The position numbers and the translations under genes are program-made. 64,000 nt of DNA from contig OY969801.1 of the NCBI GenBank assembly GCA_963703225.1, forward strand, positions 64,001 to 128,000, given 5' to 3'. The stretch is from Candidatus Eiseniibacteriota bacterium (GTDB taxonomy: Bacteria; Eisenbacteria; RBG-16-71-46; SZUA-252). Below, one piece after another: positions 26,630-36,279 of the stretch. The notes beneath the pieces are model-generated. The model ran no database searches. It saw nothing but the letters and a program-made list of their open reading frames with translations, and was not told where the DNA came from. How positions within the stretch are numbered: the first letter of the stretch is position 1; each line of letters opens with the position of its first letter.

Positions 26630-28250
26630 CGACGGCCTCGTTCGGGGTGCCGCCAGGCGGCTGCGTTCGCGCCGGCTGGTGCCTCTCCCACCACTCTCGT
26701 GCCCTCTCCTCGTCCCAGGCGTCCGCGCCATCCACTTCGGCGAGGCGGCGCGACAGCTCCTTGGCCGTTTGCGGCCGCTCGTTCGGATCCTTGGCCAGGC
26801 AGGAGAGCACGAGGCGATCCAGTGCTTCCGGGATCTTGATCTCCGAGCGCGCGGACGGAGGGGTGGGTGGCGTCTTCGCGTGGTGCATGAGGAGCCCCAT
26901 GGAGGTCTCCGCGGTGAAGACGAGCTGTCCCGTCAAGAGCCAGTAGGCCACGCAGCCCGTGGCGTAGATGTCCGCACGCCCGTCGAGGACGGTGGCCCCC
27001 ATCGCTTGCTCCGGCGCGATGAACGCTGGCGTGCCGTGGATCGCGTTCTTTTGGGTGAGCGCCACTCCCGTCTCCACGGTTTCGCCGAGCGCCTTGACCA
27101 ACCCGAAATCCAGGACCTTCACGAAGTCATGCTCTTCGCCGTAGCGGCAGAGGTAGATGTTCGCGGGCTTGATGTCGCGGTGGACCAGCCCGAGCGATTC
27201 CGCCTCGGAGAGGGAGTGACACATCTGACGCAGGAGATAGATGGCCCGGCCGGCGGGCACCGGCCCGAACCGCCGCACGAGCGTGTCGGCGTCGAGGCCC
27301 TCGAGCAGCTCCATCACGTAGTAAAAGGTCCCGCTCTGGTCGACGCCGAAATCGAAGAGCTCCACGGTGTGGGGCGAACGAAGGCTTGCGATGGTCTGGG
27401 CCTCGCGCTCGAACCGGCGCTGTACTTCGCTTGAAGCGGCCGCGTCCGCACCTCCCGTGAGCGACCGTCGGATCAGCTTGATCGCCGCGGGCCTGGCCAG
27501 CATGCGGTGCCGGGCGCGCCAGACCTCACCCATGCCGCCCTCGCCGAGCCGCTCCTCCAGTCGATAGCTACCCAGCTCCCGCGCCGCGGCCACTTCTCGC
27601 CCCAGCCCGTAAATGACCCGCGCGCCCATGTAGGCGAAGACGATCGCGAAGGTCGAGCTGACGATCGCGGCCGAGTACGAGTCCGGTTTGGTCTCCACCT
27701 TGCCCCATAGGTCCAGGAACAGAAGCCCGAGCGGCGCCGCCGCGCCCGCCGCGATTGCGGTTGCCAGCATGCGGCGCGGGGGTCCGGGCAGGATCAGCGG
27801 GAAGAAGATCACGATCGCGGGGACCCACGTCAGGTTGGGAATCGCGTGGTAGCTGCGGTAGTACTGCCAGTAGGTCGCGATCGCGATGATGAAGCATATG
27901 GCCACTTCGTACACGAGCCCGAGATTGACGAGACGGTTGGCGGGGAAGCGTCGGTTTCCCGCCGACCACCACAGGGCCACCGAGGCGAGCACGGCGCTCA
28001 AGTTGAGCCACTGAAACCTCCTGGCCGCGAAGATGACGTCGTCCGGCAACTTGCGCCCGGTAAGCGTCGCCGCGATCAAGGCGACGTACAAGAGGACGAG
28101 ATCGAGCGCGAACGCGGCGAAGAGGAGCGTCGTCAGAAGTCGCACGCGTCCCCGAACCTGGTCCAGAAGGTCGGGGGGAAGGATCGACGAGGCCCGACGC
28201 GAGTCGGGGGAGGGTGCGTCCGGGCGGACCAGGGTGGCGTGTTGGCGCAT
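26619..28250 (-). CDS. Hanks-type Ser/Thr protein kinase with an N-terminal multi-TM sensor region
   Basis: About six TM helices, then LGEGGMGEVW, AIKLI, HRDIKPAN, DFGL, GTPAFIAPE and DIYATG motifs. Confidence 0.95.
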   Translation of the reverse strand: MRQHATLVRPDAPSPDSRRASSILPPDLLDQVRGRVRLLTTLLFAAFALDLVLLYVALIAATLTGRKLPDDVIFAARRFQWLNLSAVLASVALWWSAGNRRFPANRLVNLGLVYEVAICFIIAIATYWQYYRSYHAIPNLTWVPAIVIFFPLILPGPPRRMLATAIAAGAAAPLGLLFLDLWGKVETKPDSYSAAIVSSTFAIVFAYMGARVIYGLGREVAAARELGSYRLEERLGEGGMGEVWRARHRMLARPAAIKLIRRSLTGGADAAASSEVQRRFEREAQTIASLRSPHTVELFDFGVDQSGTFYYVMELLEGLDADTLVRRFGPVPAGRAIYLLRQMCHSLSEAESLGLVHRDIKPANIYLCRYGEEHDFVKVLDFGLVKALGETVETGVALTQKNAIHGTPAFIAPEQAMGATVLDGRADIYATGCVAYWLLTGQLVFTAETSMGLLMHHAKTPPTPPSARSEIKIPEALDRLVLSCLAKDPNERPQTAKELSRRLAEVDGADAWDEERAREWWERHQPARTQPPGGTPNEAVARA

Positions 28251-28406
28251 GTCGACCCATTCTGCACGACACGCTGAAGGTCCGGAACCTCGTATCCGCG
28301 CCGATAGTTATGCGTGTGAGGAGGCTGCCGGTCCCGCGCCCCCTCTGATATCCTTGATAGGAGTTTCGTCCCGCCCTCCACGCCGGACCACTCCAGGGAG
28401 CCTCGA

Positions 28407-29141
28407 TTGGCGATTAAACCACTGCGCTATATAGGAGTTACAGTGCTCGTCGCCGGACTTTCGGTCCTGCCCAGCGCCCCGGATCAGGTGTCCACGGCGA
28501 CTTCGGCGCCCCTGGCGGGGGGCTCTGGGTGGAACGAGCGGGCGGGGGGCTTCTCCCTGGCGCGCCTCAAGTACACGGGGGGCGGCGATTGGTACTCCGA
28601 TGAGTCCTCGCTCTGGAATCTGCTCCGCGCGCTTCGCGCCCGCGGCGAGATCCGGGTGGGCCAGGAGAAGGAGGCGGTCGTCACCGCCGCCGATCCGGAG
28701 CTTTGGAACTACCCGATGCTCTTCGTGACCGGCCACGGAAACGTCAAGCTGAGCGAGGAGGAGACACGCGCGCTCCGGAGGTATCTCGATCAAGGTGGAT
28801 TCCTGTGGGCCGACGACAATTTCGGGATGGATAAGTCGTTCCGTGAGCTCATGCGCCGCGTCTACCCCGAGTCCCCGCTGGTCGAGCTGCCGTTCACGCA
28901 TCCGCTCTTCCAGTACCCAAACCGGTTCCCAGGCGGCGCCCCCAAGATCCACGAGCACGACGGCGGACCGGCCCGAGTCTTCGCGGTCGTCCGAAATGGG
29001 CGGGTCGCGGTGCTCTACACCTTTGACTGCGACATCGGCAACGGGATCGAGGACGAGGGAATCCACGATGATTCGCCTGCGAAGCGGGAGGCCGCCATGG
29101 CGTTCGCGATCAACATCGCGACCTATGCGGTGACCAACTGA
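28407..29141 (+). CDS. DUF4159 domain protein
   Basis: ARLKY.GGGDWY, YPMLFVTGHG, GGFL.ADDN and PKIHEHDG motifs. Confidence 0.85.
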   Translation: MAIKPLRYIGVTVLVAGLSVLPSAPDQVSTATSAPLAGGSGWNERAGGFSLARLKYTGGGDWYSDESSLWNLLRALRARGEIRVGQEKEAVVTAADPELWNYPMLFVTGHGNVKLSEEETRALRRYLDQGGFLWADDNFGMDKSFRELMRRVYPESPLVELPFTHPLFQYPNRFPGGAPKIHEHDGGPARVFAVVRNGRVAVLYTFDCDIGNGIEDEGIHDDSPAKREAAMAFAINIATYAVTN

Positions 29142-32100
29142 TGCCGGGCACGCGGCGTCCCCCGATGACCGGAGCGCGCGAAGCGCTCCTCACGCGCATC
29201 CGAGCGGCCCGCCGGCTCCTGCTTTGGAGGTCGATCGAGCGCGCCGGTCTGGCGGCGGTCGTCGGAATTCTCGCGATCGCGGTGGTCGCTCTCATCGTCG
29301 CGCTTTCGGCCCCGATCTACCGGGCCGAGTACAGTCTGATTCGTCTTTCGCTTCTCGGCGCCGCGGGCGTCTTCTTTCTCACGGCGGTGGCGCGGGTCTT
29401 GGGTGCCGGCTCGTCCTTGGGCGCGGCGGCCCTGGAGGCGGGGAAGCTCGCGGGGGACCGCGAGGATGAGCTTTTGAGCGCGCTCGAGCTATCCAACGAG
29501 GAGGGCGAAGGCGGGGCGTGGACGTCAGGTTCGCTCCGCGAAGCCGCGGTCCTCGCCGCGGTCGCACGCGCGCGCGGCGTCAAGCTCGCCCAGCTCAAGC
29601 GCTGGGATCGACGCGGACGTTGGCTGGGCGCGACGGGGGTGGCGCTGCTCGCCCTTGGCATCGCGGGCATCGCGGGCGGCGCCAGGACCCCCGTCGCCCT
29701 TCGGCGCATCGCCGATCCGAGCACGGCGCCGCCGGCGCCGATCCGGATCCGCGTGGAGCCGGGCACCCGCGAGGTGGAGGGCGGTGAATCGGTCGCGCTC
29801 CGCGCCTACATCGCGGGCTCGGCCCGGAGGCCGCTCCTCGAGCGCCGCGCCGGGGATGGGTGGCGCGGGATCGCGTTCGGGAACTCCGAGGGCGCCGAGG
29901 GTGCGCGCCACGGCGAGCACGCCTACTCGCTGGTGCTTCGCAATCTCACGGAGGACGTGGCCTATCGAGTCCGGGTCGCAGACCAGGTGACCCCGACCTA
30001 CGCGCTCAACGTGCGCGACCTTCCCAGGGCGACCGGGTACAGGGTTCTCTACCAATACCCCAGCTATACGGGACTGAAGCCCGAGGTGAGCCAGGGAATC
30101 ACCGGAGACCTCGCCGCGCCTCGCGGCACGCGAGCGCTCCTCGAGGTCACGCTCAACCGCGCGGTCGCCACGGCTTCGGCGCGCTTCGAGCGGGAACGGC
30201 TCGCGCTGAACGGGGAGGTCGGCGAGCGGAGCGTCCGATTCTCGATTCCGATTCGAGTCGACGACCGCTTCACGCTGAGGCTTCAAGATCGGCGCGGGCG
30301 GCAGGCCGACCTCGGCCCCTTTGATCTGCGCGCCATCCCCGACCGTCCGCCGACCGTGACCGTCCTGGCCCCGGCGCCAGTCGAGGATGTCACCCGGGAC
30401 CTCACCACCGTCGTGCTCGCCGGCGCGACCGACGACCACGGCGTGAGGAAGATCCTGCTTCGCTACCGCGTCCGTCAGGAGCCCGAGCGGATCGAGACGC
30501 TCCACGAAGAGCACGTGGGGACGCGCGAGCTGGCCATTCGCTACACCTGGGCGCTCGGCGGCTACTCGCTCCTTCCGGGCGAGGAGGTGGAGTACCAGAT
30601 CGGCGCCGTCGATGGAAACGCGATTGACGGCCCGCAGACCACTTGGTCGGACATCCGGCGGCTTCGCTTTCCCTCGGCGACCGAGATCCTCGCGTCGATG
30701 TCCGGAGATCGCGACGAGTCGATCGAGACGCTGGAAGACGTTCTCAAGAGCGCGCGGGAGCTCCAGCAGAAGTCCGAGAGCCTCTCCCGCGAGCTCGGGC
30801 GCTCGCGGGAGCTGACGTGGGAGCAGCAGCAGGAGGTCCAGAAGAACCTGGAGGGCCAGGAGCGGTTGCGGAACCAACTCGACAAAGTGGCCCAGAAGCT
30901 CTCCCAGGACTCGGAGAAGCTCTCCCAGTCGCGCGCCTTGAACGCGGAGCTGGTGCAGAAGATTCAGGAGATGGCGAAGCTCCTCCAGCAGATCAAGGAC
31001 CAGACCCTCCTCCGCTCCATGCAGCGCGTCCAGGAAGCGCTGAAGCGCCTCTCGCCGCAGGAAGTGGAGCGCGCGCTGGAGAACATGAAGTTCTCCCAGG
31101 AAGAGGCGATGAGGAGCCTGGAGCGGACCATCGAGATGTTGAAGCAGATCCGGACCGAGGAGATGCTCGAGGCGGCTTCGGAGCGCGCCGCGGAGATGGA
31201 GCGCCGACAGATCGCGCTGAACGACTCGCTGGCCCGAACGAAAGAGAAATCGGAGATGAGTCGGCTCGGCCAGATGGAGCGCCAGGTCGCGCGGATGGCC
31301 GAGGAGGAGCGCGCCGCGCTCGATTCTCTGGGGGCCGCGATGCAATCGCTCGATCCTGAGTCCGCGGCGGAATCGGAGCGGCTGGCAGACCAGCTCGGAT
31401 CCAAGGGCATGCAGCCCCAATTCCAGCGGGCGAGCCAGTCGATGGAGCAAGGGGAGCGTCAGGAGTCGCAGGCAGAGGCACAGGAGCTGCAGCAGCAGCT
31501 CTCCGAGATGCGGAAGAGCGTCGACAAGATGCGCGAGAATTTCAACTCGAAGCGGAAGAACGAGATCGCCAAGAAGATGGAAGAGGCGGCCCAGGACCTG
31601 CTCGACATCGCGTCCATCCAGGAGAAGATGCTGGGCGACGAGACAAGCTCGCTGTCGGAGCGGGCCGAGACCCAGAAGGGGCTACAGGAATCGACCGAGG
31701 GAGCCACCAATCGGGTGGGTGAGGTCGCCAAACAGACGCTTTTCGTGACTCCCGACATCGCGCAGTCGCTGGGGCGCGCGCTGGCAAACCAATCGAACGC
31801 CGTCGGGCGCTACTCGAACCAGGATCTGGCCGGCGGGCTCGTCGGGAGCAAGGAGTCGACGATCGCGCTCAACCAGGCGGCCGCGGGGCTCCTTCGTCAG
31901 CGCCAATCGATGCAGGGTTCCAAATCCTCAACGGGGATGCAGGAAGCGATGGAGAGCCTCCAGAGCCTGGCGGGCCAGCAGCAGGGGCTCAATCAAGAGA
32001 CGATGGGCATGATGCCCGGCGGAGAGGGGGCGGAGGAGCAGCAGGGGAATAGCGGCAGACTCCGCGAGGGATCGGGGGACGCGCTCGGGCGCATGGCGGC

Positions 32101-32512
32101 CGAACAGGAGGCGATCCGGCGCGGCCTGGAAGAGGCGCAGCAAAAGTTGGGGCAGAGCGGCGGGACCCTCGGTCAATTGGGCGACGTCGGCGACGAGATG
32201 AAGAAGGTGGAGCAGGACCTGCGCTCGGGGCGGCTGAGCCAGGAGACGCTCGACCGCCAGCAGAAGATCTTGAGCCGGCTTCTCGACGCCCCGCGGAGCG
32301 TGGAGAAGCGGGACTATTCCAGGCGGCGTATCTCCCGCCCCGGAGTGGACGTGGTGCGGTCGTCGCCGGGCGCCCTTTCGGGCGACCTGCTCAAGTCACG
32401 CCCCTCGCTGCCCGCACTCCTCTCGCGGGGAAGCCGCGATCCGATCTCGCCGCGCTACCGCGCAACCGTGGACGAGTACTTCCAGTCGATTTTGGAGGGG
32501 AAGGCCCGATGA
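29141..32512 (+). CDS. Large membrane-anchored protein with Ig-like region and long coiled coil (DUF4175-like)
   Basis: Three N-terminal TMs, YPSYTG and D.PP.V...P motifs, A.DDHG, Glu/Gln-rich heptads, C-terminal ILSRLL and Y...V.EYF. Confidence 0.8.
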   Translation: MPGTRRPPMTGAREALLTRIRAARRLLLWRSIERAGLAAVVGILAIAVVALIVALSAPIYRAEYSLIRLSLLGAAGVFFLTAVARVLGAGSSLGAAALEAGKLAGDREDELLSALELSNEEGEGGAWTSGSLREAAVLAAVARARGVKLAQLKRWDRRGRWLGATGVALLALGIAGIAGGARTPVALRRIADPSTAPPAPIRIRVEPGTREVEGGESVALRAYIAGSARRPLLERRAGDGWRGIAFGNSEGAEGARHGEHAYSLVLRNLTEDVAYRVRVADQVTPTYALNVRDLPRATGYRVLYQYPSYTGLKPEVSQGITGDLAAPRGTRALLEVTLNRAVATASARFERERLALNGEVGERSVRFSIPIRVDDRFTLRLQDRRGRQADLGPFDLRAIPDRPPTVTVLAPAPVEDVTRDLTTVVLAGATDDHGVRKILLRYRVRQEPERIETLHEEHVGTRELAIRYTWALGGYSLLPGEEVEYQIGAVDGNAIDGPQTTWSDIRRLRFPSATEILASMSGDRDESIETLEDVLKSARELQQKSESLSRELGRSRELTWEQQQEVQKNLEGQERLRNQLDKVAQKLSQDSEKLSQSRALNAELVQKIQEMAKLLQQIKDQTLLRSMQRVQEALKRLSPQEVERALENMKFSQEEAMRSLERTIEMLKQIRTEEMLEAASERAAEMERRQIALNDSLARTKEKSEMSRLGQMERQVARMAEEERAALDSLGAAMQSLDPESAAESERLADQLGSKGMQPQFQRASQSMEQGERQESQAEAQELQQQLSEMRKSVDKMRENFNSKRKNEIAKKMEEAAQDLLDIASIQEKMLGDETSSLSERAETQKGLQESTEGATNRVGEVAKQTLFVTPDIAQSLGRALANQSNAVGRYSNQDLAGGLVGSKESTIALNQAAAGLLRQRQSMQGSKSSTGMQEAMESLQSLAGQQQGLNQETMGMMPGGEGAEEQQGNSGRLREGSGDALGRMAAEQEAIRRGLEEAQQKLGQSGGTLGQLGDVGDEMKKVEQDLRSGRLSQETLDRQQKILSRLLDAPRSVEKRDYSRRRISRPGVDVVRSSPGALSGDLLKSRPSLPALLSRGSRDPISPRYRATVDEYFQSILEGKAR

Positions 32513-33234
32513 CGCGGATCCGGCTCATCTGCCTCGCCGCCCTCGCGGCGTGGGGCGTGAGCGCGCCGGGAGGGCCTGAGCTTGCGGCGGCCCAGGCGGC
32601 GGCGCCCGAACCAGGCGCGACCGAGGTCTACCGCGCGATCATCCGGGCCTCGGCGGCCCGCTCCCCCAGCGACACGCTGGGCAACGGCATGTACGAGGCT
32701 TCCAGGGAAGCTTTCTACGCGGGCGACTTTGACGTCGCGACGGCCCGCGCGCAGGAGTTCATCAACTCCTCCACGCGCAACCTGAACATGAACGACGCGC
32801 TGGAGATGGTGCTTCTGATTCGGGAGTTCAGGGATTTTCAGGACCAGCCGCTCAAGGGCTATGCGAAGGTGCTCGAGCTGCGGGGAGCGGCCAGGCCCGA
32901 CTCGGCGGTGACGCTCGCCAAGTCGACCCTCGAGCGGTGGCCCGGTGCGCGGGTGCGCTGCCACCTCCAGTACCAGCTCGCGGAGCTGGCCGCGGAGCGC
33001 GGGGACCACGCCGCGGCCGTCACCCATGGGCTCGCGGTCGCCGACACATCGTCCAAGAGCCGCCTCGCGCCCGCGGCGCTCAAGCTCGCGGGAGACGAAT
33101 CGATCGGGTTGGGGCAGGGCTCGGACCGGGCGCTCAAGATCTATCAGGAGCTACTCGAGCGCTACCCCGATTCCCCGCTCGCTCCGACCGTCCGAGCACA
33201 GGTGCTCGAGATGAGAAAGAAGCTCCAGCTGTGA
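32509..33234 (+). CDS. Exported tetratricopeptide-repeat protein
   Basis: Signal peptide; A...YQELLERYPDSPLA TPR-like end; ATGA overlap with the upstream gene. Confidence 0.75.
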   Translation: MTRIRLICLAALAAWGVSAPGGPELAAAQAAAPEPGATEVYRAIIRASAARSPSDTLGNGMYEASREAFYAGDFDVATARAQEFINSSTRNLNMNDALEMVLLIREFRDFQDQPLKGYAKVLELRGAARPDSAVTLAKSTLERWPGARVRCHLQYQLAELAAERGDHAAAVTHGLAVADTSSKSRLAPAALKLAGDESIGLGQGSDRALKIYQELLERYPDSPLAPTVRAQVLEMRKKLQL

Positions 33235-34499
33235 GGCGCCGCACGGCTGGAGCGCTCGCGGCCGTGCTCTGCCTGCTCGCGCTTCTGCCCGGCGCCGCGT
33301 CGGCGCGGATTCTGGTGCCGATGGACGGCACCCAGGCGGATCACCTCCGCGCGTACGGGCTGGTCTACTGGGTGCTGGAGCGGGGGCTCCACGGCGAGTG
33401 GCTCCTCAACTATCGGGGCGGGTCCTTCCTCCTGCCCGACGACGCGGCGGTCGGCGGAGAGGCCGCGATCCGGGGCGTGTCGATCCAATCGATCGACGAG
33501 GCGTCCGTCGCGCGGATCATGGCGGAGATCGCCGACAACAACATGGAGGTGGTGAAGCTCGAGACCGCGCCTAGGGTGGCGGTCTATGTGCCGCCCAGCG
33601 CGCCACCCTGGGACGACGCCGTGCAGCTGGCGCTCGACTACGCCCAGATCCCCTACACCAAGCTCTGGGACGCGGAGGTGCTCGACGGGAAGCTGGCCGA
33701 GTACGACTGGCTTCATCTTCATCACGAGGACTTCACGGGTCAGTACGGCAAATTCTTCGCGGCCTTCGCGGCGACCGACTGGTACCGGCGGCAGGTGGCG
33801 GAGAACGAGGCGCTCGCCCGGCGTTACGGCTTCTCCAAGGTGTCGGAGCTGAAGAAGGCGGTGGCCCGCGCCATCAAGCTCTACGTGGCGCAGGGCGGCT
33901 TCCTCTTCGCGATGTGCTCCGCGACAGACACGTTCGACATCGCGCTCGCGGCCGAACGGGTCGACATCGTGGGGACGGAGTACGACTACGATCCGGCCGA
34001 CCCCAACGCCGACGCCAAGCTCGATTTCTCAAAGACGCTCGCCTTCAAGGATTTCGAGCTGGAGATGAACCCACTCGTCTACGAATTCTCCAACATCGAC
34101 ACGACCAACCGGGCGTCGCTCCGCGGACAGCGGAACGACTACTTCACGCTCTTCGACTTCTCGGCGAAGCAGGATCCGGTCCCCTCGATGCTCGTCCAGG
34201 ACCACGTCGCCAACGTCCCCGGCTTCATGGGACAGACGACCGGGTTCGACAAGAAGCTCCTCAAGCCCGGCGTGACCGTGCTCGCGGAGACGCCGGGCGC
34301 GGACGACGCCAAGTACATCCATGGCCATTTCGGCAAGGGGACCTTTACGTTTTATGGCGGCCACGATCCCGAGGATTACCAGCACGCGGTGGGCGACCCG
34401 CCCACCGACCTAGCCCTCCACAAGCACTCGCCGGGGTACCGGCTGATCCTTAACAACGTCCTCTTCCCCGCGGCGGAGAAGAAGGAAAAGAAGACGTAG
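33231..34499 (+). CDS. Exported conserved protein (family often labelled 'asparagine synthetase B' in Bacteroidota; function unverified)
   Basis: GTG at 33231 overlaps the upstream stop; signal peptide (ASA|R). Motifs ILVPMD..Q.DHLRAYG, WLLNYRGGSF, DWLHLHHEDFTGQYGKF, FAMCSATD and GGHDPEDYQH. Confidence 0.85.
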   Translation: MRRRTAGALAAVLCLLALLPGAASARILVPMDGTQADHLRAYGLVYWVLERGLHGEWLLNYRGGSFLLPDDAAVGGEAAIRGVSIQSIDEASVARIMAEIADNNMEVVKLETAPRVAVYVPPSAPPWDDAVQLALDYAQIPYTKLWDAEVLDGKLAEYDWLHLHHEDFTGQYGKFFAAFAATDWYRRQVAENEALARRYGFSKVSELKKAVARAIKLYVAQGGFLFAMCSATDTFDIALAAERVDIVGTEYDYDPADPNADAKLDFSKTLAFKDFELEMNPLVYEFSNIDTTNRASLRGQRNDYFTLFDFSAKQDPVPSMLVQDHVANVPGFMGQTTGFDKKLLKPGVTVLAETPGADDAKYIHGHFGKGTFTFYGGHDPEDYQHAVGDPPTDLALHKHSPGYRLILNNVLFPAAEKKEKKT

Positions 34500-34560
34500 C
34501 GTTACGCGCGGCGCGCCTCGCGGGCGCGCCACCCCGCGCCCCCTGCCCCCTACTCCCGCC

Positions 34561-34589
34561 TTGAGCCGGCGCCCGCCCCCGAGTAGACT
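34561..34589 (+). promoter_or_regulatory. Putative sigma70 promoter of bioY (near-leaderless)
   Basis: TTGAGC, 17 nt, TAGACT, ending 9 nt before ATG 34599. Confidence 0.5.
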
Positions 34590-34598
34590 CTCCCGGCT

Positions 34599-35252
34599 AT
34601 GACGACACTCGCGGACGTTTGGCGGCCAGGCTTCGCGCGCTCCCACGCCGTCTCGGGCGGTGCGCGCGCCGCCTCGCTGGACCCGCGTGTGACCACGCAT
34701 GACCCCCGCGCCGCCTCGCTCGTGTTCGACTTCGCGCTCGTGCTCGCCGGCAGCGCGCTCATCGCGTTGTCGGCCCGCGTCGCCATCCCGCTTCCATTCT
34801 CACCGGTCCCGATCACGGGGCAGACGTTTGCCGTCCTCTTGGTCGGCGCGGCGCTCGGGCGCTGGCGCGGCGCCGCGGCCGTGGTCGCGTATCTCACCGA
34901 GGGCGCGGCGGGGCTTCCGGTGTTTGCCGGGACGCATTCCGGGCCGGCCGCTCTGCTCGGGCCGACGGGCGGATATCTATTCGGATTCGTCCCCGCGGCA
35001 TGGCTCTGCGGATTCCTCGCCGAGCGCGGGTGGGATCGGAGCATCGTCGGCACGACCGCCGCGATGGTCCTCGGAAATATCGTTATCTTCGCCATCGCGC
35101 TTCCGTGGCTCGCCCGCTACGTCGGCGCCGCCAACGTCTGGGCGCTTGGATTCTGGCCATTCATTCCGGGCGATATCGTCAAGATCGGCCTCGCCGCCGC
35201 GGCGCTGCCGCTCGCCTGGAAGTGGGTCGGCTCGCGGGGAGCAGAACCGTGA
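34599..35252 (+). CDS. bioY: Biotin transporter BioY
   Basis: PFSPVPITGQTFAVLL, YL.EGA.GLPVFAG, GPTGGYLFGF and PFIPGD..K motifs. Confidence 0.95.
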   Translation: MTTLADVWRPGFARSHAVSGGARAASLDPRVTTHDPRAASLVFDFALVLAGSALIALSARVAIPLPFSPVPITGQTFAVLLVGAALGRWRGAAAVVAYLTEGAAGLPVFAGTHSGPAALLGPTGGYLFGFVPAAWLCGFLAERGWDRSIVGTTAAMVLGNIVIFAIALPWLARYVGAANVWALGFWPFIPGDIVKIGLAAAALPLAWKWVGSRGAEP

Positions 35253-35286
35253 AACGGCGCGCGGCCGTGATGCAGGGGTGCAGGCC

Positions 35287-36258
35287 ATGACGATGTATGA
35301 CCCCGCCAAGGACTACGCGACGGCGGTGCTGGTTACCGGCGCGACCGGCTGCATCGGGAGAGCGGTCTGCCGCGAGCTGGTGACCCACGGCTACCGCGTG
35401 CTGGGCCTGGTGCAAACCCCCGAGGCGAGGGAGCGTCTCACGTACGGAGCGGTCGCGGTCCTGGGTGATATTCGCAATCCGGCGCCCTGGGAGTCGGCGA
35501 TCGACCGCGCCGACTTCGTGGTGCATCTCGCCGTGCCGACCCATATTGGCGGCGGGAAGAAGGAACGCGAGGACGCCGAGCGCGACGCGGACGAGCTCGC
35601 CGCGATCCTCGACCGGCTCTGCCATTACGTCCATCGGAACAAGAAGCGCTTGGTCCACACGTTCGGCGCGCTGCTCTACGAGCCCGATGCCGACGGCTGG
35701 GTGCGCGAGACGTGTCCCGTCTCCTCGGGCCGCGGCTTCGGAATCCGCCACCGCAAGGGCTACCCCGTGCTCGCCCGGCATCGCAAGAAGGGGCTCCGCG
35801 CGATGAGCGTCAATCCGGCGTTCGTCTACGGCCCCGGCGGCTGGTTCGAAGGGCTGCTCGAGCGGATGAGCCGTGGGCAGTCGTCGTACATCGGCGACGG
35901 AACCCAGACCATGCACTACGTCGCGTCGAGCGATGCCGCGGTGGCCTATCGCCTCGCCATCGAGCGCGGCCTGGATGGAGACGATTTCCTGCTCGCCGAT
36001 GACCGGCCCTCGACGCTGGGCGAGTTCACCCGCCTCCTCGCGCGGGAATTGGGTGCGCCCGCGCCGGTCTCGGTTCCCGAGGAGGATCTCATTCCAGTCA
36101 TGGGGGCGTGGACGGTGGAGGCGTACACCTTCTGCCCGAAAGTTGATTCCGCGAGGGCCCGGGAGCAGCTCGGCTGGGCTCCCCGGTTTGGCACCATCGA
36201 GCAGGGCCTCCCCATCGTCATTCGGGAGTGGCGTCAGGCGCGGGTCACGGCCGCGTAA
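35287..36258 (+). CDS. NAD-dependent epimerase/dehydratase family protein
   Basis: VLVTGATGCIG, VVHLA, P..VYGPG and YV...D.A motifs. Confidence 0.88.
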   Translation: MTMYDPAKDYATAVLVTGATGCIGRAVCRELVTHGYRVLGLVQTPEARERLTYGAVAVLGDIRNPAPWESAIDRADFVVHLAVPTHIGGGKKEREDAERDADELAAILDRLCHYVHRNKKRLVHTFGALLYEPDADGWVRETCPVSSGRGFGIRHRKGYPVLARHRKKGLRAMSVNPAFVYGPGGWFEGLLERMSRGQSSYIGDGTQTMHYVASSDAAVAYRLAIERGLDGDDFLLADDRPSTLGEFTRLLARELGAPAPVSVPEEDLIPVMGAWTVEAYTFCPKVDSARAREQLGWAPRFGTIEQGLPIVIREWRQARVTAA

Positions 36259-36279
36259 GCGGCGGCACTGCGAGGTTCC

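Noticed and set aside
34599..35252. bioY without bioMN as a novelty
   Set aside because: Solitary BioY transporters are well known.
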